From the NCBI GenBank assembly GCA_000934665.2, contig JYFJ02000747.1, positions 1 to 64,000 of the forward strand: 64,000 bases of DNA, in the 5' to 3' direction. Position 1 is the stretch's first letter. Every line of letters begins with the position of its first letter. Positions 23,901 to 36,639 of this stretch are shown one piece after another. The DNA is from Catajapyx aquilonaris. Lineage: Eukaryota. The translations under genes were made by a program, and so were the position numbers. The notes beneath the pieces were generated by a model. It was not told where the DNA came from. It saw nothing but the letters and a program-made list of their open reading frames with translations, and ran no database searches.

Positions 23901-26592
23901 CCGGTGTCTGTTGTCGTAAACACTGCTTAAACCTGGTTTCAAACTCTGCTTTCATAAACATGGTTTTGAGATAATTAACTCGACTAAAGTGGAATAGGCT
24001 ATACGCAACCCATTGTGTTGGAACATAGGATTTGCACAACTTTCACTGTTATTAATTGGTTTAGTGCATCATAACCAGTTGTTACTGCTAATAGTATCAT
24101 AACAATCAACTGAACAATAATCAATCCGCAAAATTACGCCGCAGAAAGTAATTAAAATGCAAAGCCACAACTAAATGGAAACTAAAGCCTTCCTGTTCAT
24201 TTGTATGTCTGCTATAAGTTAATTAGCTTGGTATGTACTATAGAAGAGCAAACAGGCGAGTTGACCCATAATATTATCTGCAAATTGCTTTCCACATCAC
24301 GTTTCTTGGCCTTATATCAGTTCCATCTCAAACTGAGCTTAAGTTACCCCCACTAAATGGTCAGGGGTTATGTCACTGCACTTCCTCAGGTCACAGAAAA
24401 CGCTAGGACAAATTGCAGTGTTTTTCTAGGCCACTTATTTTGGACTAGACATCCAGCATTTCCCGTTGGAGGGCGCTCAAGTGGAAACAACAATGACGCC
24501 ATCTTTTGGATGGCAGCGTGGGTGGGGGACATTTTGAAAATTCCACAACGATGGATATGAAATGCAGAGAATGCACAAAGGAATATCGGAAGCATCCTTC
24601 CGTTGTTCCTTTTTTAATTAGTCAAACCTTACGGTTTAGTGGGTAGAAACAGCTTTGATGTTCGACATAATTACCACCGATGCAAGCTCCGTTTCCTCCG
24701 CCAATTAAGTCTTGCCATTTATATGGCTCAAGTTGTACTTACTCTCTGCTAACAATACTATTCTCTAATGACAACTTGCATACAATCTCGCAACTATTGG
24801 ATTCCAGCCCAACAGGGTCCAATTGTTTTTTTCTAGAACGGGCAGTATGCTCCATAAAAAATGAGCTATTCAAATAGTAACAATGAACCCAAATGACAAT
24901 TTTACCTTGCATGAACATAATCGAAAGTGATACTTTCAGAGCTAGCCAGAGAGCTAGCTGCAAGTTGAATCACTCTACAAACAATCGGCTTTGTGCAATG
25001 ATACATGAGGATATTCAACTTTTTTTGCGCCAAACTTTATGTCCACAAAGCGCATGGAAATGCAGATAAAATTTTTCATATAAACACTGGCAATCGACAT
25101 ACTTTCCTGACTTCAAAGACTTTCATCCTTGACTCCACTAATTTCATCCGGATTCTAAACTTGAGCTTTCATCTCATCTTGGTACAGCGTTATTTCAACC
25201 TTTGAAAGCCACTTATCGGTTCTATTTTGCCCGCATTCCGCGTCTGCTCAATGCTGACTAATTAGACGCAAAAAAATATGGGTGGTTTTTACGTCGCATC
25301 AAAGCATGCTAATTGCTTTTCGTTGCAAATTCATATACATCCAGATTTGAAACTGGTTTCAGTGCAGATGGCCAATTTCAGCCACGTGTAATCCTCTTAC
25401 AGTGTGGTTGGGAAAAACACTAGAGACTTCAAGAAATACGAGTCCAATTACACCAAGTACATGTCTGAAGGTCAAGGCTGGTGATGGAACTCGAATGGTG
25501 GCAGCAATTTCGGGGATTTGGCTCCGGATTCCTTTATGCTCCCATATATTCCCATAGACGTCATCAGGCTTCTGTCCTGCGATAGCTCCTATTGGGACAG
25601 GTTACGACGCTATATAACACTTCAATATAGCGTAAACGGCAATGGGAAACAATAGTGTAATGAACAGCATTTTTTTTTGAACTATTTCATATAAAATTGG
25701 AATAAGCCACTTCTGACGAATTCAGTCTTATTTCCAACAAAGAAGCCGCGATGTTGGAATGTCCATAGTCGTTGAAACTCTCCGACAATAGTCGACAGCT
25801 TTGCACAGGGCCCGGACAGCCAGCTTATTGAAGTACGAAAAGTTGTCGACAATTTTGCACAATGTTTCCAGCAGCTATACAGAAAGAGCAATACCTGCCT
25901 CCTATTTCAGAGGCAGCGTAGGCGAGACGATGATTATTCTAACACTGGTTAGAAGCACGAAACTTGAGTCCTTAATCGCATTATGGTAATGACTCCATTC
26001 ATGTACATGCTGTTGCAGCTTGTCACGTTTCATGTTTAATCAGCCGTAATACATTTTGATAAATTGAAAAAGATCGATGACCATGTAGCTTTGTCCAATA
26101 TTTACAATGTGCAATAATAAAGAAGCGTGCAAATATTAGTACAGTCTTAAAGCTTCATGACAGGTATGCCTCAGCTTTAAGATAAATCCGACCAAGTACT
26201 GAATGAACAGTACTAGATTAATACTCAGCAAATCCCTGCAATTCCAGTGCAAAAAACCTGCAAAAGTGACCTCGTTCAAACGTGAAGTCAACAAGTACTA
26301 CTCGGATCAGAAAGTTCGTAGATACATGCAAATTGATCACTCGATAAAAAAAAAAGTAGGTAATACATATTCTATCACCAACAAAGTTCCTCTGACGTGG
26401 ATAGAAACTTCCGACATTTAACCCCCCGTATGAAGTTTGCAAAGTGGCAATTTTCTTGGGAAAAACCGCAAGTTTCCTGCCAAAAGTTGACACATGCCAT
26501 TTAATTAAATGTGGTCTTACCTGCGAAAAGTCCGGATATGCATCATCAGTGAGAACTAAACTCTCATTCCCATCCAATTCCACTAGTTCCAT
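14944..26592 (-). CDS. Class A peptide-type GPCR (QRFP/orexin/CCK-receptor-like), paralog A, 8 coding exons
   Basis: Exons 26592-26521, 20248-20063, 19488-19361, 18028-17840, 17783-17606, 17024-16815, 15490-15300, 15123-15024 (alternative stop 14944), all GT-AG and phase-consistent (417 aa). Motifs GN (TM1), NLGICD (TM2), ERY, CWSPY, NPLVY, CC after helix 8, N-glycosylation site NES. Confidence 0.9.
18075..19213 (-). mobile_element. Candidate solo LTR in intron 3 of GPCR A
   Basis: Ends TGTCGTGC / GCATGACA (7/8 inverted), TATA-like run near 18525, GT-rich U5-like end; not seen in paralog B; no TSD found. Confidence 0.35.
18119..18421. mobile_element. MITE with about 37-bp TIRs
   Basis: TATTATGAGATTCACGAGTCCTGGCCTGTTAGGCTCC versus GGAGCCTAACAGGCCAGGACTCGTGAATCGCATAATA (1 mismatch). 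Confidence 0.85.
21741..21864. mobile_element. Foldback/MITE-like inverted repeat carrying two TGACGTCA sites
   Basis: About 42-bp imperfect arms GAGCCGTGCAAGTAAGAAGAGGTAGGCCTTGAGTGACGTCAC / GTGACGTCACCTAAGGCCTACCATTTCTTACTCGCATGGCTC. Confidence 0.7.
23070..23400 (+). mobile_element. Degraded LINE APE-endonuclease remnant
   Basis: Broken motifs GSSSYTNR, PTF and SVLDHT resemble the APE motifs WGS..TN.RG / PTF / S.IDL. Confidence 0.35.
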
Positions 26593-27775
26593 CCTACAAA
26601 CCAGTTAAGAAATATCTCCACTAAAACCCGTCCTATAAGCACCTCTGGCCATGTCAGGCATCGGTTTGAATCGGCGGTGCTTCACGGTGAGGGTTAAATT
26701 GTACGACAAAGTTCAAAATGCGCAATCGCAGTTTGTAACCCCATTTCACCCCCCCCCCCCCCNCCCCCCCCCAACCCCCTGGCTCATCTCTCGCCAAATG
26801 TCTGCGCGTGAACTTGTCCTCGGTTAGTTCCACATCTATAGATATGGTCCAAACACCCTTGACCCTGTCTATGTTCCCGATGGTGATGGAAGCTCATCCA
26901 CATGCAAATTACGTGGAGATTAGTAGAGTTCACTGTGGGTTCGATGCGATTTGACATCTTGATTTGTATGCAAATGCAATGATTTTTAATGCGTTGGTGA
27001 CCCTGTAGAACTTTGCATCAAGTTACTACCTGTTATGTCAGCCGCGAGTTACGGTGTTGTCAGGTGAGAGGGTACGAATTAGTTCTATAGTTTCGGACGG
27101 CAGAGTTCCAAGTTTAGGAACTTGGTCGTTGTCCAATAGTTCAACTCATTACTGAACGTGGGACTTTCTTAGCAGGGCCCAGGACTGGTAGGAAACTTCA
27201 TAATTAGTTCATTAATTAATGACTAGTTTCCTTGGGCACCACCCTGGCCTACGACTGACCTCCCAGTATAATGATAGCCAAGGAGGTAGTTACGATATCG
27301 CAAAACGCACAAACACTGTAATTATTATATATATAATTATATTAAAATCCTTGTGGTGTTTGACCGAGCTCTCTGATTGGTCCGCCGCATATTGTTACCG
27401 CCACCTCCCCATTGGCCCGCGTTCTAATCATGCACCATGGGGTGTATAAACAACTCCTCTGTTGGGTTGCGGGGAAACTGCCCATTCGTTCTCTGCATTG
27501 TTGCCCAATTAGCACTACTGCAAAGTTGTTTACAGAGTCAGTTCCCTTTATGGAACGACAGACATAGGACAGACATGTTCTCACCTCTCACTAATTGGGC
27601 CGTTCGAAGACTGCTGGAGGGTTAACGTTACACCCTCCCCTGTCGTCCCCGGCGATATGGTGCGCCGAATAGGTACCTCAGGCCGCAAGCCTAGAAAAGA
27701 GCGAGCGAAGCGAGTGGTTTTCTAGGCCTACGCCATAGACAAATGTGAGCGAAGCGAGGGTTTTTGTATAGTTAT

Positions 27776-27945
27776 AATGTAAAATTACTAATGTATGTAT
27801 ATTACTGAAATTAAAATTACTAAATTACTAAAAAATTACTAATGTATGTATTACTCAAATTAAAATTACTAATTACTAAAAATTACTAATGTAGTATGTA
27901 TTACTCAAATTAAAATTACTAAATTACTAAAAAATTACTAATGTA
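27776..27945. repeat. AT-rich minisatellite, about 50-bp unit x3
   Basis: Unit AATGTATGTATTACTCAAATTAAAATTACTAAATTACTAAAAAATTACT repeated; follows GAGCGAAGCGAG repeats of a probable non-autonomous element. Confidence 0.85.
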
Positions 27946-30074
27946 GACTACGTATAATATCCTGCTAACTGTAAATACTGTATTTATTTTCATCTGTTTT
28001 GTCTCAGCATGCCAGTGCAAAATTTCGTCATGATAAAACATTGTATATACCACTGATGATATAGGATATCGGAGTGTTGGTTTACTCTATCTTCAGGACC
28101 GTAGCAGACAGGGACGTTGGTTGGTGCCCATCATTATCTGCCAAGGCGCCAATAGCAACTGCAGCTAACGATCTCACGCATAGTGGACAGATCTATCAGC
28201 CTTATTCCTGACATATATGCCGGATGTTCCTTTGCAGCTTCTATCAACATATCCTCTAAAGCTCTGGGAGGCGTACAAAGTGGCGATGAAGTGAACAATC
28301 CTCAAGTGCGTGATAGTATGATGAAGTGTTTAAAATGGTTAAAAACATAATTTCTAACAACATAAATACCAAATGCTAAGTAAAGATAATCCCTTCCCCT
28401 ACCCTACATCCTTGACTCCTTGCACCGGTGTACGAAGAAAAGTGTGTATACACATAGAAAACTGATGGTGGTGAGCCACCCCCCTATAGGGCTTAGGGCC
28501 CACAACGGGGTACATAATAAAATAAAGTTAATTCTGGGAGTGAAAAGTTAGGTAGCTACAGGGTATAGGGAGCTCAAGATGTGTGGAAAGTTCTTAGTTA
28601 CTACAATCAGCATTGTGCTCTAAAGATTTCTTCTCATGAAGTTAGTCAGAATCATTATAAAACTCTTCATATACTGTACATACCATTTTCCACTCATTTA
28701 AAGAGGCGTTTTCTGGGAGGGGCTTCTGATGTAACAATACAGAAACTCAGTAATGAATTCCACTTCTGAAGTCTTAATACTGATGTGATGATTGTCCTTC
28801 ATGCATGCAGTTCTGCAACCTATGAAAAGTTAAGGGTACCGTAGATATGGCTGGCTACATAATGTAAAATTCATTATGCTATAAGGATTAAATGCATATT
28901 AAGTAAATGTAGACTGCGTTGAAAAACTTTAATTGTTCCAACGTCAATATTGAAGTGATGCAATCAAAGCGGGACTACTGCTCATTATACCTGAATGATT
29001 GAAAATGACTTATTATCAAAAATTCCTTCCATTCCTCGTTTATTAGCAAATGATTGTACACACTCTACAACAATCAGAGGCTTACCTTTAAAAAAACCTT
29101 AAAGTCCACTACAGTGCACCTTTATAATCATACACGTTTTCACAGGACATACCATTCAAGGCTGGTTCACAACCATACAAAGTGTAATACATTCCCTTTT
29201 CTGTCCTCATACAGTACATGACGTTCGCAAAAATTTGCCCATGGGGATGCAGCTTATGAAACAGCCCTTACAAAAATAGCGGCTACAAAATTATTTACAA
29301 CTTATTACACACAACAAATTCATTGTATATATGCATATTCAAATACTGCGACATAAAATGAGAGCATGAAGAGTTTGTACTTAAACGTGAGAGAGGAATT
29401 GCAAAATATCTGCAGCCTCTTCTATGCCATAAAACAATACTACTTATTCACTGGAAGCCACATCATGTAAAATCCTGCATAATCAAGGAATTGTACTCGA
29501 AATTAGGACATTACCCAAAAGCTATGGCTGGGCATCTCTCTCAAAAAAATGTAGGAAATGAACGGCCCCATTTTTTGGAAGCTAAACACAGACCTCATTA
29601 GAATCATATTATATGCTTCCCTGAACATACACCAACGTCATTACTTTCATACCACAGCCGACACATAGGATGGAATGTAGGTTAGCATACAAAGAGGCCA
29701 GTAATTCTCGTACAACAAAATGAGCGATTTACTGACTTATTCCAACACCTTGTTTTTTGGCTAGTCATTACTAAACTGAAATATCACCGCATGCCTGACA
29801 CTTATCCATTGAAATTACTTTAGAGAATTTTGGTCTTAGAATAAGTGAATAAATCATTTTGATAATTATGCGGGAGTCACTGCTGACCCCTCTGGTACTG
29901 TACTGTATCATCATCACAGGTCATCACACTTACCATCGGGTTTCTCTTGGCTGGTGAGTGAACTTACTGAGTGTTCATATTTTCTCAGCATAGTCCTGAA
30001 CACCCACTGACCACCCACACCATTTTCTTCATGGTCTTATAGTTGCGTCCGCTCCTTCCACCACACTTCCCACT

Positions 30075-33000
30075 TCACACCCTGCTTCCTGCAGGAACCA
30101 CAACATAAGAAAGTCCATATTCATCGTGATCGATGCTGTCATTGTGTTCCTGCTTTTTCACAACCCATTCGATTGAACCAGGTGACTTTCGAAATGATGG
30201 TAGTATTTCTCTCCGTTTGACAAAACTACCGATGTATGAGATGCGGAACGGCAGTTTCTGCAATGCAACAAGGACAGGTTTTAGAATGGGGTTAAGTTAT
30301 GATCTAACAACAACGTTAAATATAATATAATATAATTGTAATTTTACACAATTCCATACCGACAGCAGGGTCTTTATGATCAGAATATGGCCATATTTAG
30401 GACTAAAAACTATTAAAATATGCTAATAGAATATAAAGTAATCTGCTCAAATCAAGAAGGTCACAAACCTTTTTCCAATAGAGGATGTGGAAGAAGGATG
30501 AAAGATGGAGGACCTGCTGCTGTTTGTATGAGAAGATGTGTTGAAGGTATTGTTCCTACTTCGTATGGAGCAAGTGGACTCCCTTGGCTCCAATAAAACC
30601 CGTTTCGAGCAGCAAAACATGGTGCGAAATACCGCTAGAAATCCCTACAAAAATGAAAAATGTGACATCAAATATAGGAAAAATCAACAAAAAATCACTC
30701 CGTAACTCGAAATGATCCGTAGTATGTAGGAAAAGCAAACTGGAAGTTAGGTGAAACTAGTTTAATTACATTGATGGAAGCTAAATGAATGTAGCCACCA
30801 ATCCCAACACTTCGCTCGAAGGAATGGTTTACTCCCTAAGAGGATCACGTCCATCAGTGGAAAGCCCAGAAAATCCTCTCCATGATGCTACAAAAGTATC
30901 TCAAATTTGAGCTGGCCTCTGCTCTCCTCTCCTCTCCTCTAGTTTGCACTCATGGGTCTTTTTTGTTGAAAAGTTTAGGATAAGAGCATCGTGCCCGAAA
31001 CTTTTTTGACATATTACGTATCAGTGTTTGGCTGTAAGAAATTTAAATGAGTTAACTTAGTTTGGACCACAGATTTATGGCAACCCCATTCCGCAGAAAA
31101 CGAGAAAAGTCTCTGGCGCCAACCTGCGACGTTTGCTACTGCTTTCTTCCGGTGCCTTAAGTCAACTGGCCAAGATTGGTTCCTGCTTATCATTGCTCTT
31201 CAGGCCAAATCGAGTAAGTCAGGCTCATTTACTGCGTCTCCTCTTAGAATTCTCGCAATTCCTACCAAAATGACATTATCAGAAGCAGGCAAAATTGGGA
31301 GTGGGTTTCTTCCAAGAAATAGAAATGACAGCATCAACCCACATCGCTAAGTCTATTTCTAAGACAGAACCAATCTAAAAAAATCGATCTGAACCGGCAC
31401 ATCTTTCGCTAAGAATTAAGTAAAAGTGCCTATTTTTACTATCATGGTTTGATTAAATGTAGGATATTTCAAGGTTAAATCTTACTGAATGTCATCATGG
31501 CTTACCTTACGGAAGCGTAAGCTCATGGAAAAGTACACAATGGGATTGATGCATGAATTGGTGAAGGCGAGGAGGTTGATGCAGAGCATGGTGAAGAAGA
31601 AGTGGTGATGGGACAGAAAGTTTTCTTTCTGAAGCACGGTCACCAGAGACACCAGGAAGTACGGGCTCCAGCAGATTACAAACGCCATCACAATCACCAT
31701 CACCATCTTGGCCACCTGTTGGATCAAAACTTAGCATCAGTAAGGGTTCACACTAACCAGATATTTGATCAATGGCCATTTATTGCGTAATAACCTTAAG
31801 TTATGCAACTACTGGCGGTTAACCACTGGTCTGTACTAATTATACTGTACGAGATAGGGGTTTGAGATTCTGGAGCAGTAAATAAGAGCTTCATAATCCC
31901 TAACTAGCAGGTATTTACTGGCTGTCTGCACGAGAGGATATATGGGACAAGTCTTTGAATTGCTCTCTCTAGATGTTCATAAACCCAATAAAGTTACACT
32001 CTCAGGCAGAAATTGCTACCGCACCATCACAGTCAAGTGTGGGCCACACTTGGCCAAATCGATTTCTATCTATTTTAAGTGAAAAGAAACATGGCCAAGA
32101 ATATTGCATCGATTAGTTCGAACCTTTTCCATCATCATTACGAGGTCAATGTTAGGTATTGAAAAGACTTTGCATAATCACATTTTCCATAAGGCTTCTC
32201 ACCTTTCTCCTGTTTTTCTCAGCCGTGAGAGTCTTCTGATCGGTCCTATGCTGAGCAGGAATCTCCTTGACAAGGACTCTAGCGATGCAGAAGCAGGCTC
32301 CGCATATGAAGACTAGCGGACAGGCGTACATGAACACAAACAAGAAGACAAAGTAGCCTCGTCTGAACTCGTCCGAGAAGCTGCAAAGTATGGGAGACAT
32401 TAGACAATAAAATGTGTCCGAAATATGTGTCCTTACTTGTCAAAGCACATAAGTCGGGTGAAGGATCCGTAGTCCGAGTACAGGAAGTCCTGGTGGGCAC
32501 TGGCAGGGTACAGGTTGGGGGCAGCCACAATGCAAGGGATCAACCAGATGACTAGGAGGACACGACGGATCCTCTTCGTGGTCAGTTTTACACGCCAGCT
32601 CATCGGGTGAACCACCGCGTAATATCTGAAAAAAATGTTAAAAATACCCGGTTTTTACTCTGTGCGTCATACATGGACAGCCATTACTGTCTCCCTTGTC
32701 GACCAGAAAGACAACACAAAAGATGCCTTGTCATCGCGTTTTTTCGGGCGTCGGCTGTCCCTAACGACAAGAGCCCTTATTTTCCAGTTCGTTACCTCCG
32801 GCTCAGAAACCAAACGAAACGTGAGCATCATTAAGTACACAGAACTCTGCCAAGCTGCTTAAGGTGGTTGACCTGTGCTTCACACTTAGTTACGCAATGG
32901 CAACTGAAATTTACAAATAAGCCAACATGCAGATTTGGGTATACCTGTCACTAAGCCATATCAACAAATCGGGCATCGCAACTACAAGGCATATAACTCA

Positions 33001-36000
33001 TTATATCCAGTGCTGTCCACCCAGCAATTACTAATAGCTGTAATCCTCGCAATGAATGCTCATATTTTCAACTATGAGGAGCATAATAAAAAGGGTCAGG
33101 ACGAGGACGTGGGAGGAGGAGTCCGGTCATTAATTTATCATGGACGTCATGTCTCGTCAGTAGTTAAGGTCAACAACCAAGGAACCCCCAAAGTGCGATG
33201 TCCCAGGCAAATGAACGTCACCATTCAAAGCGAACGCTCCTAGAAAGTTCTGGGTATTAATCACACAAATGTCATATACGCCCTGAACGAACCAATTGCT
33301 GCAAAGTAATTAGTAAGTCTAGTTGAAATAGTGTAGGCCGTGCTAAAGGTCATGTTGGTCATGTCATACTGTACACTCTGTGGGTTTTTATCTACTTAAT
33401 TCTATCATCAGTATCACCCACACTCACACTGTCACCTTGAAAATATATTTACACGAAAATATTAGTAGGAAATAGGCCAGTATTTCGCACAGTACTGCCA
33501 TACCTTTCTAAGGAGATTGTGACTAGAGTGAAGACGCTGGTGAAGACGAAGATGGTCTCGAAGTACCGGACGATGGTGCACAGGGTGTCTGTCATTATGT
33601 TCATGTCCGCTTCCGCAGTCAGCTCGAACAGCTGGAGAATACATAGGATTCAGTCCACAGCAGGCGTAGGCGTCTTCTGGCAAAGCAATTTTAACAGTAG
33701 CCTACAGTTGGCCTTTTAATAAAAAGAATAAATTGGAAACATATGTCATTTATAAATTTGGGAAATTTTAAGCGTCAAATAGCGCGACATTAATCCATAA
33801 ATAGCCGCATGATGCAGGCAGAAATTTTGACTATTTTTATTCAAAGAAATAAGTCAGTTGTGTTAACTCAACGAGAATATCAACGAAGACATTGTATTCA
33901 ACCAGTGCCTATTAAAGAAACAATTCATGCTTTAACAAATCGATTTGAACAAATATGGCACGACCTCAGACTCTCATCGTTCAGAAAGGCAAAGAATCTC
34001 CCGCTCTGACGAAAACATCGTCTGCGTTAGTGAAAGTGTTACCAAATCTACAAAAAACGTCAACAAGAAGACGTTCTCAACAATGAAACTATTAGACGAA
34101 ATTTTTTAAATTTTAAACACAATTTTCCTTACAAAATACCCTGACGGTCGTGTCAGTCGTGCCAGGTTCTACTACGTAGGGAACATACGCAAACTAATCT
34201 GTTCCAACTTCCAAGTATCAATAATTCACAATCTGGTGGACATATTCCCAATTGACTCCTAGACATGCAAGGTGAGTACAAGGCTAACCTTGACCTAACC
34301 TACTACACTGACCTACAACCATGCAAGGTCACACACCAACGTACCTTGACAGGCAGCACAAATGCTCCCACCATGAAGTCGCATATTCCCAGGTTAACTA
34401 TGTAGTAATTAACCGGCGAATGCATACTCTGATGCTGGTACACAGTGATACCAACCAACAGGTTGCCCATAACCGCCGCCAAAAAGACGACTGCGTAGAC
34501 GCCGATAAAACCAAGCCTAACAGCTCCAATCTGGAATTACAGAGAGGAAATCAATCACCTTCTCTCACCCACGCCAAAATTGTTACAAATGATCCCACCG
34601 ACAAAGCGAAAAGCATGCTCACCCATTGATCCGACCAACATGGTTCAGCACTTGAATCACGACGTACTAATAATCTATATAACGTTTGTGAGTCTGTCTG
34701 TCTTTCTGTCTATCTGTCCGCCCACCAATGCCATCTGGATGCGGTCCGGGCAACGCCGGGTATCGCAGCTAGTAGTTCATAATTCTGGTGCAAATGACAC
34801 TATTGGGTTCGTAGAATAAAAAACCAGAAATGAGAGAGCACATTTCCTCAATTACATGAAGCCCTTGAGAAATTACAAGGCGATAGAAGATGACCTTGCT
34901 CTACATCTAATAGAGAGCTTTGAAGCTAGTTGTAAGCTTGGTATTCTATACATTAGGAACCGTGTGATGAAATTCTCTCTTTAGAGCGAGCTTAATCCAT
35001 CTTAAGAGAGTCCCATTCATAGCTGATAGTAAGCGTGGGAAGCTGAATTAAAGCATTGAACCAAACTTTCGAGTTCAAAAGTCTTAGGTTTACACCCCAT
35101 TTTAATTACTTCTGCTGATGACACGCCATTGTATTGGGAACTGTAGTAAAACTTAAGTGACGCCTACGTGGTATGAAAGGGTTACAGTTCAAAGAGGTCA
35201 TAAAACCACTAGATAAAACGGCAACGTAAACAACATATGTGTAAACAATTTTCTAAGCCAGAAAGTACTCCCATTTGATGTGGTTTTATGCACTTAAAAT
35301 TTGTCGCATATTCTAAGCCCCATTACGTCAAACCTCCCAGTTCATTAAGATTTTAAACACCTTAATAACAACTTTTCTAAACGTGCCATCACAGTAGGTT
35401 ATTGTCGATATAGTGTCACGGATATTTTGCAAAACTCTTGAGACCAGAAACTGACTTTAAAAATAATGATATACGACTGTCCGATCGATGTGGGTTCTTA
35501 TGCGAAATGGCATCCATGTTATCAACTGGAAATACCGCTTGTATGATACATCTGGAATTATGAACTAATAACCCCCCAGACGGTGCCTTACGAGACTAAT
35601 ATCAAGCGCAACAACGCTATTACCCATATGGATAATGAAGGGTAAGCATAACTAACAAAAATATCCTCCGAGATTTAATCTCCTCCATAGGGAAAGAATA
35701 CACCACAAATCGATGATCTCATTATTCTGTGGTGTAACACTGTGCATTAATAAATTCACAAACGGCATGGGATATGGTTTTTATGTAAGCCTATACTCCT
35801 TTCTTCAAACACTCGCATTTAGTTAATTATGTGCACCGTATTGGTCGGCTCATCAGCATATAATAGGCGTGATGCTCCAAACGTACTGTATACATTTCGG
35901 TTTGCTCATTAAGCCACATTTTAACGACTTGTTATTACCAAGTCGAATAAAGATGCTATTAAAAACCCTCTCAAGTTTTGAAACAACAACGATTTCTCCT

Positions 36001-36554
36001 TGTAATGCGATGGGTGTAAGTTAAGAGTGGGTGTAATCAGCCCGGTATTTCATTCCACTGCCACCAGAAATAACTTTGAAAGTAACGGCGCGGCGCAACT
36101 ACTTAAAACCAACAGTAAACTAAGTTATTATAAAAATTTCACCCCTGCCATTCCCCAAAGACCCACACGTAGACTAATTATTACGCAACTGGCACAATTT
36201 CTCTACATTCCAGTGTCAAAGAGGTAACTAATACGAATCACATTTTAAATAATTGAAAGCAAATATTTTCCCACCAATTACTAATCCTTAATAGCTAAAA
36301 GGCCCATGAGCTTTTTGTGCTGAAATTTTTTTAATAGGCCCGTAATAATGGCATTATATGTATCCCTTCAAAGAGTTCAAAGGACGCCTGGTTACATTAT
36401 CCTTGCAGTATTATTCACAACACTGTTACATAAACGTGGTGACAGTACAAAGGCATGTCCGACAGCACCAGATTTATATGCAAATCTCAATACAGTAAAT
36501 TATAATATTAGTCTTTCAATACTTGTGTTGCATTTCAGTTAAAACATTTTCCAC

Positions 36555-36639
<85 letters not shown>

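Noticed and set aside
27776..27945. CRISPR-like periodicity
   Set aside because: Head-to-tail minisatellite with no unique spacers, in a eukaryotic context with no cas genes.
33990..34045. Hammerhead ribozyme (CTGACGA...GAAA)
   Set aside because: Stems I-III do not pair; the other CTGANGA sites I checked also lacked stems.
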